DNA from: Octopus sinensis
Taxonomy: Eukaryota
Reading direction: 5' to 3'
NCBI RefSeq assembly: GCF_006345805.1
Contig: NC_043016.1
Span: forward strand, 26,846,001-26,910,000
Length of the DNA: 64,000 bases
Shown here: positions 26,700 to 41,031 of the stretch, one piece after another
Position numbering within the stretch: the first letter of the stretch is position 1
Layout: each line of letters begins with the position of its first letter
Notes under the pieces: model-generated
Database searches by the model: none
Seen by the model: the letters and a program-made list of their open reading frames with translations, nothing else
What the model was told of the DNA's origin: nothing
Position numbers and translations under genes: made by a program

Positions 26700-29350
26700 T
26701 TTAGTATACAAGGTAATGGTAATATCCCAAATGGATTAAACAACTGGCAAATTTCCATAGGCACAATTTCTCTTCCTTTCAGATATAGAAAAACAAACAA
26801 GAGACGATAATCCACCCACTTGACTCCTCCAAATATGAAACTCACCCTCCCACTTTTTGTTAAGAACAAAATTTTACAAATGCTGCCAATGTTGGTACAA
26901 TGAAAGTTAGGTATAGAAAAATTGCAGAGATGCTGGCTCAGAGATGAGAGAATGTGTGCTGTGAACAAAAGGTTAGATTATGAGGGAACTTCAGTCAGAT
27001 TCCTTAGACAAGGAACATAGGTATAAATTCTGGGTGAATGGAATTTGTAAACTGTTGATAAAGAAAGACATAAAATAATTCAGATACAATATATGATAGA
27101 ATAATTAAGCTGAATCTAGTCATGAGCAACTTGACAGCTTCAATTAACTTTACATATGTGCCACAATCAAGACTGGTAGATAAGCATAACTGCTTCTATA
27201 AGGTTCTCTTACAGACCAACTTGAAAATAGATGACAGCAACCTTGTTAAAATGGCTGGTCACTTTAATAGACATATTGAGTAACACTATGTTAGCTACAC
27301 TAGTAAACATGAAAACTAAGAATATGGTATGAAGGAGAAGGATTAAATAATCTTGGAATTTTTATGACAAATGATTTCACCCATTTGTAATAAGGAAAAC
27401 TGACCAGCAACCTGATCACCTGTCACTCAGGTGAACACACAAGCCAGATAGCCTTCAAACTCACCATGATAAACAGATAATCATGAATACTAAGTCATTT
27501 GCCAGTGAAGAATGTACAACTCAACAAAGTCTAGTGACTTTAAAATAAGAGCTAAATGAACTCAAAGCACAAGACAAACTGAAGAAGAAAGGTATGAAAA
27601 CTGAACACAGGCCCTCTACCAGACATAAGTTCAAGCAGTTCTAAGAGATGTATATGTACAAAAGAAGGGTGAGATGTAGGCCTATGACATACAAGAGAAC
27701 TAGGAATTCCTAGGTCTGGAAAATTGGAAGGGAAAAATAAGGAACAATAAGAAAGCTAAAAGTAGAGAAGCAGAAAGTATATGTTCTGCAATGAATGGAT
27801 CAGAGATATGAGGTGTTCTGGATTGCAAAGCTGTGTTATGATGTGAGTCGCCATGTTGTTGGAAAAATACATGTTCAGAATGACAACAGTACACTTACTC
27901 TCACCAACACTGAGAAGAAACAGGCTTTGAAATGTTACTATGAGAGTTTACTGACTGCAGGAGAAGAGAGAACTAAGAGTAAGCCATTGCACCTAGTATT
28001 CATCATCTGGAAAGGTTCCATGCTCTGTAATTTTATGAGCACTAAGTAGTGTAGTTTAGAGCCATGAAAGCTATATACAGAGACGTCAACAGCAACATGA
28101 AGATTAGTTAAACTAATTTGGAATGCAGGTAGGTGATCATCAGGGCATGGTTCTTAGTCGCCTACAATTTGTTTAGATGATAACAAAAAAGTTTTAGACT
28201 GGCTACCTGCAGAGATCTCATACTTTGAACAACCTAGTTCTTTTAACTGAACCTATCAAAGATTTAGAACAAATTCCAAACAGAAGCAAAACCTAAAATT
28301 GGGGGCTTTAAGGTAATTCTAGTAAGGACAAAAGGCTTAGTTAGCAGCTCTCCACTACCATGCTCACAGAATTATAAATCTGTTTCTTATTATATTTTAC
28401 TATTTCTCATTTCTTGCCTAGAATTATTACATCTATCTTTCAATAATAGGGGTTATTTTATGCCCTTGTTGTAAGATGACTTCACAAGTGTTGGAGCCAT
28501 AACAAAGCATCTACTACAGTTTGTAAGGTAGTTGGTGTTAGGAAGGGCAACCAGCGATAGAAACTATGCAAAAGTTAACACTGGAGCATGAAGCACTCCC
28601 CCAACTTGTTAGATCTTATCGAACAGTCTAATACATAACAGCATGGAAGACAGACATTAGATGATGATGATGAAAGAAGATAAAAAGAGACTGTTTTTTG
28701 AAAAGTGGCTATGTTCAAGATGTAGAAACAGAGTTGATAGGAATTCCATATTGAATATTTAATGTAAACTATGTGACACAAGAAAGGCTTTCTGTAGGGC
28801 AGACGCAAGGAGTATTTAGCAGTAAGAGCACTCATTAAATAAATTATTTCAAGAGCTTACAAGGTTCCATAGAAGTAGTTGATAGTTTTTCTTACCTAAA
28901 TGTTCTAATTACTTGTGGAAGTGGATGTACTGAAAACATGGCAGTCAAAGGAGGAAAAGGGTAGGAAAAGTTTTGGGAGCTATTATCTCAACAAAATGTG
29001 ATGTTGTATGGTAGCAAAATGTAGGTGCTGAATATGGAGAATGTGTGAAAACTAGAAAGACATGAATTGAATATGCTCTATTAGATATGTAATGTTAATG
29101 TGTATTAAATAAAAGAGCACAAATGAGCTGAAAGAAAAAAAAAAACAGTAAAAAATGTGTAATGAAGGAAACTGCATTGGTATGCTAATGTATATGAAGG
29201 AAACTATGAAGGAGAAAAACTGAGAAACATGGAAGATATGAAGAGAAATGGTGGTCTCAAAATGCTGATCATTATGAACAAGACGACGAATGATCACAAC
29301 ATATGAAAAGAATGTTCTGGAGAAGATACATGTAACACATGCAAGAAAAG
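26700..29350 (+). mobile_element. Heavily decayed LINE fragments
   Basis: Purine-rich, LINE-like composition with scattered RT-like words and no open frame. Confidence 0.35.
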
Positions 29351-31166
29351 AAAAATGAGTGTATTGATGCCAACAGCATGACAGTTATCTTTTTTTGATA
29401 AAGAAATAAATCCTAAACATAAATTGTTTGAAGTTTTAAATAAGGGACGTTAAATGAAGAAGTTGGAAATTGAACAGAGCTAAGGTGAATGCAGAAGAGG
29501 CCTCCAAAACAAAGAAAAGAGAATGTGATATGATTATTTTCTAAGAAGTTATCTTCAAATTCCAAGTGGAATTGCAGTGAGGCTCTGCCAAATTTAGCAA
29601 TTCAATAAGGCAAGGTAAGAAACAGAATATGAATCAACATCAACTTTATGACAGTTTACTAGGGGGTAGTAACAGGTTAGGTTGTTATATAAGAGATCTA
29701 ATTAGTATCGAGATTGAAGTCAATGACAGCATAGTGTGTAGTAGAAGGAAAATATGTTGCAAACTAGTACTACCACAAGTGAATTGTTTTATTTTATTTT
29801 ATATATGTATATCAGTGGTGACTGACACTTGGGCTGTTCGGGCTTAGCCCAAGTATAAATTTAGTAAAGCGAACGTGTATTTGCAAGCTTATTTAATTTC
29901 TGCCAACACTGACTTCAGGTATGTAAATGCAGCCAATAACTCAGGTTCTTTTTATTAAGCCTGGTCACAGTTCATCAATTTTCATTCAGCATCTGGTGGT
30001 CATCTTAGAGGTGTCCTGTGTCAAAAAATATCATTTGTAATAGACATTCTCTTGACATTGTTCAAATGCACCTGACTTGGGCTCAGAAGTTACAGCCTGA
30101 GTTGTTCCCTATAATCATAAAAATTAATAATTCAAATTCAATGTTTTCTTGAAACAATAAATTTCTATAGAGATTAGGATTTAAATTCCAATCTATGAAA
30201 AGTTTCCATTCTACAATATTTTTAAAGGAACAAAAAGTTATCCAGCAATTCAGACTAATACAAATGAGCCTGATAGGTGTAAAAGACTAATTGGCATCTT
30301 TTGTCAAGAGCACAGGCAACAATCAGATTGCAGATGTTTGTTGTGCACTCTGTTGTCATTATTTCATTGCTGTTATTCTGTGTGACTGTCTGTAAAGAAC
30401 AGATCTGTTTTGCTTTATTTTTACCTTTAACTTAGAAAAGAATAAAAACAGTGTGAGATATAAAAAAAAAAAAAGCTATTTGAAATTGCAGAAAAACATA
30501 AGTTCTTCAAGCAGGCAGGTGTCTTATGCGAGTGATGATGATGACCTGGAGTCACCTCTCATATGTGCGTGTGTGTGTTAAAATGTATTTGTATGAGGAT
30601 GGTGACTTTTATATAACAAAAAAAAAAAACGCTAAGAATGTTGGAGAATTTTTGGAAAGATGATAAGTTTGATTCTGTAATGAATGACATGAAATTGACA
30701 GACAACTGAATACAGTTAAGTTATGTATACAATTGGGCATTAGCAACATGCTAAAAAACATTATTACGCTTTGAATATGAAGTGCAAGTAAATGTATGTT
30801 GAAATCGGGATACAGGAATATTATACAGATTTAGGGATAGAGCAAAGCTGAAGAAATTATTATCCTGAAGCTCAGAAAGATACACCTCAAAACCAATATG
30901 ACAGGCTGGTACTTATATTTAACTGAGTAGACTGGAGCAATGGGAAATGATGTACCTTGCTCAAGGACATAAAGTGCCCCCCACCCCACCCCAGTCCAGG
31001 AATTTAACCCACAATCTTATGATCATGAATCAACCTTAACCCCTAGGCCATTTACACTCAGTATATGTATGCCACATATTGTATGTGTTTTGTTTATGTG
31101 CCAATTTGCTGCAGGATCGCATCCTGGCAATGTTCCCTACATAACACCAAGCATTATAGAATACTG

Positions 31167-31247
31167 AATATCCCAGACCAGGCGAAACAATTTGCCACAA
31201 GGTGAGCAAGGCCTTGGGCTGAGTTGTCTCACCTGGCTTAGGACATT
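31167..31247 (-). ncRNA. pri-miRNA-like hairpin in ZDHHC intron 1
   Basis: About 32 paired positions (24-position stem with one A-C mismatch, small internal loop, 8-bp upper stem, 9-nt loop). Five G-U pairs form only on the minus strand. Confidence 0.35.
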
Positions 31248-34200
31248 TACTTTCAATCACTAACTTTAAATAACCAACATTGATTATAACATGTTGCTAT
31301 TAGGAAAATATACAGAAGGAAAACAATGCAATCCTGATACGAAAACAGAATAGTCGTAAATTTTGATCAATTAATGCTGCCCTAGTATTAAACAATGACA
31401 CTCAATTGATGTTTAGTTTCATCTGACTTGTATTTAGTCAAATTTTATTTTGATATAAATAAAATTTTTCTTACAAAAGCTACAACAAAAAAGAAAAAAA
31501 ATCCCATTTCTCATTGCTTATGCTTTGTCCACGGCCTTGAGAAAGTGTTTGTAAAAAAAAAAAACTAAGACAAAGAAAAATGAAATTAATCAATAGAACA
31601 AGGATTTGCAAAGGCTAACTTAACTCTTAAATTAGTACTACACTATAGATATCTACAGTTGTTGCCAAATCCAAAACTCCAATTCAAATAGTGTTGTTGT
31701 TTGAGGTTGAAAACTGGAGCTAAGGCTCTCTTTTATGCAAAAAACAAAAATTAGCTTCATTAGTTTCTTGTCTAAAAATTTCCTGTTTCCAACATTTGTG
31801 CTGGTTTTCAACATTTATCAAGTGAATTTTTCTCCTTTGATTTGTCAGGCTAATGACAATACTTCTGAGGCGAGAATTTAAGGATATAATTAATTAAGGA
31901 TAAGATACCCGGTTTTGGTTAAACTGCACCACAAAATGTGGGAGTAGTTAGGAATCTAAATCATAGGAGACAGACACACAACCTCTCTTTTATATATAAA
32001 GATTTAATTAGGGTAACATTTCAGTGTAAGCGGTAAATTTCAACTACCTAAATGATATCAGGATTTATACATTCTGAGCAAGTGTGGAACAACCACATAG
32101 CTGAAATTGCATCAATGGTTTCATTGACCCTATGCTGTCAAAAATGATGGCTAATTGTAGTATTTTATATATAAAAAGGGTACAAAAAGGTGGGGGAAAA
32201 ATCAAACAGTGCTTCAACTATGTGAGTATATGTGTGTGTGCATTTCTATACATTTATGTGTGTGAGTAGCACAGTCTATAGCGAATGCGGTTTTCTATAC
32301 TTTGTCACAGCTCGCTTCCTTTTTTAAGTGTGTTTGTTTATATATGTATATGTATGTGTAAATGCGCATGTGTATGTAATACCATTTTCTTTGTATCTTT
32401 CTAAATAACCATATATGAACAGATATACATTCATTCAAATATATAAATATATTTTACACAAACACACATGCATACACACACTGAATTACTATTTTCTCTT
32501 CTCTCCCTTCATCATTCATACCTACCGCATGATTATGGACAAATATATACACACACATACACAAATATATAAAAACACTATGCTCATTATTATATTAGGA
32601 GATGGCAAACATTCTTATTTTAAATATTTATTGATATATTTTAAATTTAAGGATCTGTATAATGATAGATTTATGAGAAAGGCATAATTATTACATAATG
32701 TAAATAATGTTACTTGTAGTGTCTTACAAAACCTTTAAAAGGAAGCAATTAAGGTATATATTGGATTTTTTTTTCTATAAGAAGTTCTGTAGCTTCCAAA
32801 TTACAGACAAATAGAAACATAATACATTTCTGAGAATTGACATCCAGGAATCACTATCTTGTAAACATATGTAAAAACACCTATGTCTAATCAACTTAAC
32901 TTTTCTCAACCATCTTAGCAGGTGAAAGTGACATGACAGCAACAAAAATCAACTGTAACAGTAAATGTCCAAGTCACAATCTTTCATATTGTATCAATAA
33001 ATCTCATCCAAACATATGTTTTAATTATATTTTCATAATTTTATACAAAGAAAGTAAAAAAAGCACTGTAGGACTTTAAGAATTAAGAGTGAACTAGGAT
33101 ACTTCATAAGCTATGAGTTCAAATATACAGCAAGTGTTTCATCTTTTAACTACACTTTATTCTAAATTGCCTAAGTTCACCTAAGTCCTAAGTATGTTAT
33201 ACGTTATTGAGCAGCGTCATAATGTTCAAGGAAAAGATTTATTTCTCATCTATCTACATCACAAGTCCTAAGACTTAAGTGAAATTAGAAGGCAGTTTAC
33301 ATTACAATGAATGTTAGTGGTGAATTCTAACTAGATATTCCAAGTGTTAGCATTCTTCTAAAAACATCAATAGAATACATGTGATTAAAATATTACATTC
33401 TTAATACAGTAAAAAATATATTAGCATAATTATTTTCAATGGATATTATTTAGATTCATTGGATGGTATAAATCCCTCTGGACATTGAAAATTTTTTTTA
33501 AAAAGTTCTTTAGTTTTAAACATTTACCAATATACCAGACCAACAGCATAGAAGAATATATATTTGATTTCAAATATAACACACTGAGAAACCAAAACTT
33601 ACTAGAGATAAGTAAAAATTCTGAGAAGTTAAAAGTTTTTTCTGGTCAACAAACTAACAGAGATCAAAGGCAATAACATAATTGATTTGAACCTCTACTC
33701 CAAAGAAGTATAAGTAATGGTTAAATTAATGATCACAACATTAAATAGTTTTGGTAGACTAATAAAAATAAATAATAATAAAAAAAAAAGAATAAAGGAG
33801 AAAAATATGAAATAGATAATTGTTTCAAATGAAGCCAACTTACTCTTTAGATGTAAGGACAGAAAAACTAGTCTTAACACCATAGAGGATATAATTGATT
33901 AATAATTTATGAAACCAAATAATGAGCAAAACCCAATAGTGACAATATTGTTAAGTGAACTTCACCAGAAACTGCTGTGAAATAAAATGATACGATGAGG
34001 ATATGCATCTACAGATTGCCTACAGACTAAATTATGAAGGTGAATGTATGCATAATATTAAGATTGCATACAAATTAATGTTATATTCAGAATGAAGCAT
34101 ATCTATAGAAGCAAGACTGGAAAGAATAGTGAAAATGAAAAGAACACATGATTATAGCTATAGTTAGTATACAAATATGTATAGAAAGCAACTATCTAGT

Positions 34201-35989
34201 AATTCAGTTTTGTGCAAGTAATGCAATTAGTAATATGAAATAAAACCTTAGCAGAAGGAAGATAATTTACACATGAAATAGATGTGCATCAGAAAAGAAG
34301 ATTTCCAATTCTACAAGCTACAAAAGATGTATTCATCTCTGTTGAGACTCCTGAAGTAGTGAGCATTATAAACAAATACAAAAGAATCAAAAGAAGAATT
34401 TTTAAGAATTCCTACTTCAGATGAACACAAAAGGGAATGATATAATGCTTGCATAGAGGATTTCTTATTCGTATTTTTTTATATTTATTTATAAGATTGT
34501 ATCACTGATAGAAGAAAAAAGACAAACAAAAACGTAAGTAATGTCGAGAATATGGGTCTTTGATATAAAGATCTTTTTTTCTATTAGTCACATTTTGACA
34601 TGTATATTTTCATGCTTTATAACTTGAGATTAGCCATATGGACTCACACAAGCTAAGTTGACTATCATTGTTTCTTTTACTAGTTCAAGCTCTTATGATA
34701 GCTTGTACCATCTTAATTGTTTTACCAAACAATGAAAAGCTCTTCTGTATTTTACTGGACTAATCCACTGTCTTTTATTCTGCAACATTGTTCCAGATAG
34801 AAATGGTACTATGTTGACTATACTGTCAATCATCTTGCTGCCAGAACTATTTTTCACATCTGAAGTTTCAACAGAATCAATACTGCACTGTAAAACTTTT
34901 GAATTTGGTTTCATATTCCTTACATGGAATATGACATTTGTGGTACTCAGATTTAACTAGCCTAGCATTATTTTGCAAGACTCATTATTAAATTCATTAG
35001 ACGATCAGAGCTTTAATTTTTCTTTCTTCAAACATTGCTGCAGTTGAGTATTTGCTGAAAGAGCAGCCATTATTTAGAATTTCAATATTGTATGAAAGTT
35101 AACTAGTTCTATTTCCTCTGAATCTTATAGCATATCAGCTGTACTATATAATATTTCAGCTGTAATATCTAATGTTGAATTGAACACTCAAGTTACCAAA
35201 TTGATAATTATCTCTTATATCTATATGGAACTAATCTTTCCAATTGGTTATTCTGATAAGTTAGTTTAGTTATGCTTAACTCATATTTAGTCAGTCACAT
35301 TAGCAATTTCCACTACATTGCAAATATAAGCCAAGTTGTATTTGAATAATCTTTGGTATTAATAAGGATTAGAATGCATAAAAGCAGTTTTCTTACCTCA
35401 GTTTCTTCTATATTTACAAGAGATAAATGCATACATATAATATATATATATATGGTTTCAGGTTCAGTCCTACTGCATTGCACTTTGGGCAAGTGTCTAC
35501 AAGAGCCCCGGGGCAACCAAAGCCTTGTGAATGGATTTGGTAGGTTGGCATTAGGAAGGGCATCCAGCTGTAGAAATCTTGCCAGATCAGATTGGAGCCT
35601 GGTGTAGCTTCCTGGCTTGCCAGTCTTCAGTTAAACTGTCCATCCCATGCCAGCATCGAAAGCTGAATTAAATGATGATGATGATGAGACTAAAAGGAGC
35701 CCATTAAATGTGTGTGTTTGTATCTTGCTACCACATGACAACCAGTGTTTGTTTACATCCCATAACTTAGCAGTCCAACAAAAGTGACCAACCAGACTTT
35801 AAAAAAACATAAGTACTTGGGGTATTCTAGCATGGCCATAGTCCAATGGCTGAAACAAGTAAAAGATTATGTACATATATTTATATATATACATATGTGT
35901 ACACACACACAGATGGTTAAATTGTTCCCATTTTATATTTTTAATTTTGCGCAATGTGCATTGTTTTTGATTTTGCCAATGACACAATA

Positions 35990-36790
35990 TGGTAGGGTCA
36001 GTTGGGCACTGTCTGTGAAAAAAAAAACAGCACCATGATGCAATTCACTCAGCCAGAAATTTGTAAATGACATGCTGTACTGCTTAGCATTTGTGCCGGA
36101 AGCTCCAATACGAACAGATGGTGAATATACAGAACAACCAGTGGTTTGCTGTGTCCCCAAAACATACTGAAAGCAATAAAAATTAAACATCCAGTCAACA
36201 GCATGGTGCTTGGAGTGATCACTAGTGATGGTAATGTTATGCCTCTATTCATCTTCCCACACAGCCTTAAACACAACACAAAGGCCTACATCAAGTGCCT
36301 GGAGGAGGTGGTGTTGCCCTGGGTTAAGAGGAATAACTGCTGCAAGACCCTATGTCTAACAACAGGACTCCCACCCCCATACCACACAAACAGGAGAACC
36401 CAGTCATGGCTGTAAGACAATTTCTGAAACCACATCACCACTAACATCTGACCACCTAACTCCACAGACTGCAACCCCTTAATTATTATATGTGGGGCAC
36501 AGTAGAATGAGAGACCAACAAAACTACTTGTAATACCAAAGATGAACTGAAGTCAAGGATTATGGCAACATTCACCAACTTAAACAAGGAGACCATCCAG
36601 AAGAGTTGCAAGAAGTTCTGTAGTCATCTGGAGGCCATGGTTGAAGCCAATGGCGACTTTATAGAATAAATTTACTCTTTAGTATTTCAAGATATTTTTA
36701 TGTAATTTTGGTAAATAAATCTGTTAAAATAAGATGTCGGTGTTATTTTCATTTTTGCATAATTTAGACAATATATTCACCACACCCTAT
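35990..36790 (+). mobile_element. Tc1/mariner (maT/DD37D-like) transposase remnant
   Basis: KHPVNSMVLGVITSDG...CLEEVVLPW...PPNSTDCNPLNYYMWG...CNTKDELKSRI, with frameshifts and stops. Confidence 0.8.
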
Positions 36791-37169
36791 ATATATATAC
36801 ACACACACATGATGAATGAACAAAAGCAAGAAAAAAGGCACAAGGAATAGGTCAAGTTTTAACTAAAGGTATTGCTAGCATAATGCTTGAAAATTTAGAG
36901 AAAGCATCTTAATGTTTCAGATTCTATTCCTTCATCAGTAAAAAAAGTTTAGGAGCCAGGTGGGAATGTGGTTCTATGGGGAGAAGTTAGAATGAAAGAA
37001 AGGTGGCAGGATGGTGTGTTCATGTGTAGGAGGGTGTCCATATAGGGATGTGTGTAAGCAGTGTAGGGTACAGGTAGTTGCTGAGATATGTGAAGGTGTG
37101 AAATTAGGTGATAGGGAGTAGAGGAAGGTGTAGAGATGTGAATTTGATATAGGTGAGAGGAAGGTGAGG

Positions 37170-37830
37170 GGAATAGAGGAAAGGTAGTGGACTTCTCTTG
37201 AAAATGAACTAAATTCAGCATCATGGTGTGATCAAGTGCCTGTAGACATTTGTGCTGACATAGTTGTGCCATTAGGGGATGATGCTCCAGCTTCATTAAC
37301 AATGCAAAAGTGGACAGCTGAATTTAAGAGGGGAAGGGAGAGTCTTGAAAATGACCCAAGGTCTGAATGTCCTTCAACTGCCACCACACAGTCTGATCAC
37401 ATCATGGGAAAATCTGACATTATTTCAGGCAAATCCAGCTAGTTTCTATGTAAGCCAGGATAAGTATTGGCTTCTTCATCTTGAGCCAGAAACAAAGAGA
37501 CAATCCATGCAGTGTAAACACTCCTCTTCACCTGCTCAAAGAAGGCTATGGTCATTTCTGCAGGGAAGGTGATGACCTCAATTTTGTGGGATGTAAAAAC
37601 CATTATGTTTATTGACTATCTTCAAAATGGCGATACCATCTATGCCAACTTACTGAGGCAGTTACGAAAGGCTATCAAGACCAAACACCCAGGAAAACTG
37701 ACAAAAGGCGTCTTATTTTATTACGACAATACTCCAACACACAAATCTTTTCTTTCAACTGTGGCTTTGAACTGGTTGATCCCTATTCTCCTGATTTAGC
37801 TCCATCAACTGTTCCCTAACACCTCATTTG
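37170..37830 (+). mobile_element. mariner transposase remnant
   Basis: QKWTAEFKRGRESLENDPRS, EPETKRQSMQ, SAGKVMTSILWD, VLFYYDNTPTH. Fragmented. Confidence 0.85.
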
Positions 37831-38949
37831 GTCACATTGCATGAGAGTATCTTGGTCAGCCTAGTCCTTGTAGGTGACATCACTAGTGCTGGTAGCATGA
37901 AAATGTACCCAGTACACACTGTAAAGTGGTTGGTGTTAGGAAGGGCATTCATCCATAGAAACCACACCAAAGCAGCTTGATGGATCCTGTTAAACTATCC
38001 AACCATGCCAGCATGAAAAGCAGACATTTAATGATGATGTGAATGTGTGGTGTGTGCACGCACACACACCTATAAACATAATTAAATATATGTACACATA
38101 GATACATGCATATAGGTGCAAAACAAAATGGATAAAATAGCACTCAAATACCAAAGGTAGAATAAAATAGTGATTTACTGAAACAAAAAAACTCTTCACA
38201 AATTTTTACTCAAGAGTTTCATCAGCCATGTAATTATTCTTTTTCTTTTTTTGAAGATATGATAGATTATGTTTATAAATGCTGCAGTGATAAATATTTA
38301 GTAGCTCATTAAACATTTAAAGCTGATTGGACAGTTGATCAATCATTTTCATCCAACAGATTCCTGTTGATTTGAAAAGTAATAACCTGTTGCTAACTTC
38401 TTTGGCCCTACCTTGGAATTTACCACTACTATATGCCATATTCCCATTAGTTTTCTCAATATTACTATCAACAATGTCCACCATTCCAATATCCACTACT
38501 CTTCCTCGTATCCTGACCACACTAAATCTGCCATACCATTCTCTCAATTCCTTCAGTTTTGCCAAAACTGCTATACCAACATTCTTTTTCCTGACTTGTA
38601 GGTAGCTATAATTAGTTATGGGCCCTGCATGACACTGGACCCAGTCCATCAACCACACCACTGCTCTACTTCCCCCACCCCCTTTATGCACACCTACAGA
38701 TAAGATTCCACACTTCTTTGACTTCCACTTTTCAATTCTTGCATTAAGAGACAAACTAAACTGTAACTTTCTGAATGCATAACCGCTCCAATCTTTCTTG
38801 AACCACCTCTCGTCTTCCAAAAAATATAAACTTTTGCAACTTTCAAATAAGAAATTCCATATTGTCCCACACAGGCAAACACATTTAAGCATGATTGCCA
38901 ATCATCAACACCTGCTCCTACATTAATGTTACACCCAACACCAGGCCTT

Positions 38950-39180
38950 AATCACAGTACCATATTAATCAGAACTTCTGTTGTACATCTTCCAACCTTA
39001 TATAGTGTATCATCTGCAAATTTTACAGTACTGTTTATATAGGATAAACAAGCTGTCATCTTGCCAATCACTTTCAGGAGTACATTCAAAATAATACTCA
39101 TGTATTGCTTGGCCAACACATCACCACCCATTTCAATGCAACAGGTCATTCCAGCCATCCACATACACAATGAAACAAAG
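38950..39180 (-). mobile_element. CR1/L2-like RT fragment
   Basis: ...VKFADDTLY... RT catalytic motif in the ORF at 38952-39170. Confidence 0.5.
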
Positions 39181-40001
39181 TTTCATATTTGAACATGGTA
39201 CAATGTCACTGATGGGTTTAAATGAATGTTTTTCTTACACACACACACTCACATGCACACAAGGTTTGCAACTAGATTTTGAGGAACGCCATCAGATACA
39301 ATATTTTAGTTTTGCTAGGAGTCTACATCCTTTTGCACAGATATGGTAATGATGAACACCTATTTCAGCAGGTGTTTGGAGAGCTAACTACCCATATAGA
39401 TACATGCCTTCTTTGCATAGATACATGCCTTCTTTTTCACTGAGTGTTTTGCCTTTTTTGACTATAGCCAGCCATAGTATCCAACACACAGCAGAGATAT
39501 TAAAAATCAAGTGGTGTCTAAGCCTGAAATTTTTTAATTTGAGAGAAAAGGTCATAAATAATGTATGCATTTGTCTGAAAAGAAGAACTAGTCTATATCA
39601 TTAGATGCAATCAAAGAGCTTTTCCATTCTCAGAGAGAAGTCACTTTAGTGCTACTGGTAGTATGTAACTGAGTATAACCTGCCACAGTCTGGCTCTTGG
39701 TGATTAAAAGAACCCTCTTAGCCTGCTTGGTAAAGAGTGTTGTTTGTGCTGGATAATCTGACAAATGAAAAACAAAATCAGTAAAAGGGTGAATGAATTC
39801 AGAAGACAACAGTTATTCAAGAGCTGGTGTGAGAGAAATCTACTCTTTATTTAGGCTTATGTATATGTATGCACATACACCATCAATATCATTTTACCAG
39901 CCACCTTTCTATGCTTGCATGCACTGGATGGAATTTGAGGTGCCATATGCTCTTCCCATCACAAACCCTCATCTCTTTTCAAGTATAGTAATTTTCTTCC
40001 A

Positions 40002-40811
40002 TGCGTGGCCTGATCAATAAGTATCTAGACTGTTGCCATAGTAACAAAGCTAAAGCACTCAGAGTGATCTCTGCACATGAGCCATCCACATGGCTTGAAA
40101 TCTGCTGAGCATACACACTAAGTTTTAATGTTCTAGCTCACTTCCGCTGTTTACAGCAGTGTTTGGAAGGTGTGTAGTGTGTGATTTTCATATTGACCAT
40201 GACAGAGAAAGATGAGCAGAGAATCGTCATCAAATTTTGCCAAAAGCTTGGCAATACCTGCTCAGAGGCCTACACTAAGTTTTCATCATTCTTGACACAA
40301 TCAAGGAGATCTTGTGCAACTGAAACCAGAGTATCTTTTGGCCAGCTGAAAGCAGTTTTGGCACAAACTTGGCAAGCACGCATCTCACACCCAAATCTGC
40401 ACATCCTCTGATAACTCACAGATAGTGATTTCATGATTTCCCCTTACAGCTGCATGCACATCTGCAATGCTTTTCTCAGTTGTGCTGGTTGCAGGTCTCT
40501 CAGAATGTTCATCACTATTGACATTTTTTCGGCCATCTTGGAAACGTCTGAACCACTTGTACACTTCTGTGTACACCTTCTGCAACTTTGCATAGTTCTC
40601 TGAGCAGGTATTGCCATAACAACTTTGTCATCGTCAATGTAACAATCACACATTACACACGTTACTTCCAAGCACTGCTGTAAACAGCAGAAGTCAGCTA
40701 GAATGCGTGCACATCAGAGGTTAAGGTTAATCTGTGCCAAGTGATTTCACTCTGTATGCTTTAGCTTCATTACTATAGCAACAATCTGGATACTTGTTGA
40801 TCAGACTTCAT
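40002..40811. mobile_element. Non-autonomous mariner derivative with two inverted 5' ends
   Basis: TIR-like g(c/t)ctgatcaa(t/c)aagtat at both ends, with about 270-bp inverted arms. The transposase N-terminus is present on + (EQRIVIKFCQKLGNTCSE) and on - (KVYTEVYKWFRRFQDGRKNVNSDEHSERPATS). Confidence 0.8.
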
Positions 40812-41031
40812 ATATTTTATATATATATATGTATACATATGTTCCGGTTGAGCATTTGGAACATCTTTCTATGGCTCCAAACAACCATAAAGGTGAGACG
40901 TGCATGTCAAAGACTTCTTCCTAAGCATCACCTGTTTCTATCTTTTGTATAATTTAGAACCATATACATAAATACACATTTAAACATATATATACATACA
41001 CACGTATACACACAATATATATATATATATT

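Noticed and set aside
31083-31247. H/ACA snoRNA reading of the two adjacent hairpins
   Set aside because: There is no ANANNA H box in the hinge and the pocket-to-ACA spacing is off. Kept only as a hairpin finding.
38317-38901. 194-aa minus-strand ORF
   Set aside because: It is the antisense frame of a pyrimidine-rich decayed retroelement and has no domain features.
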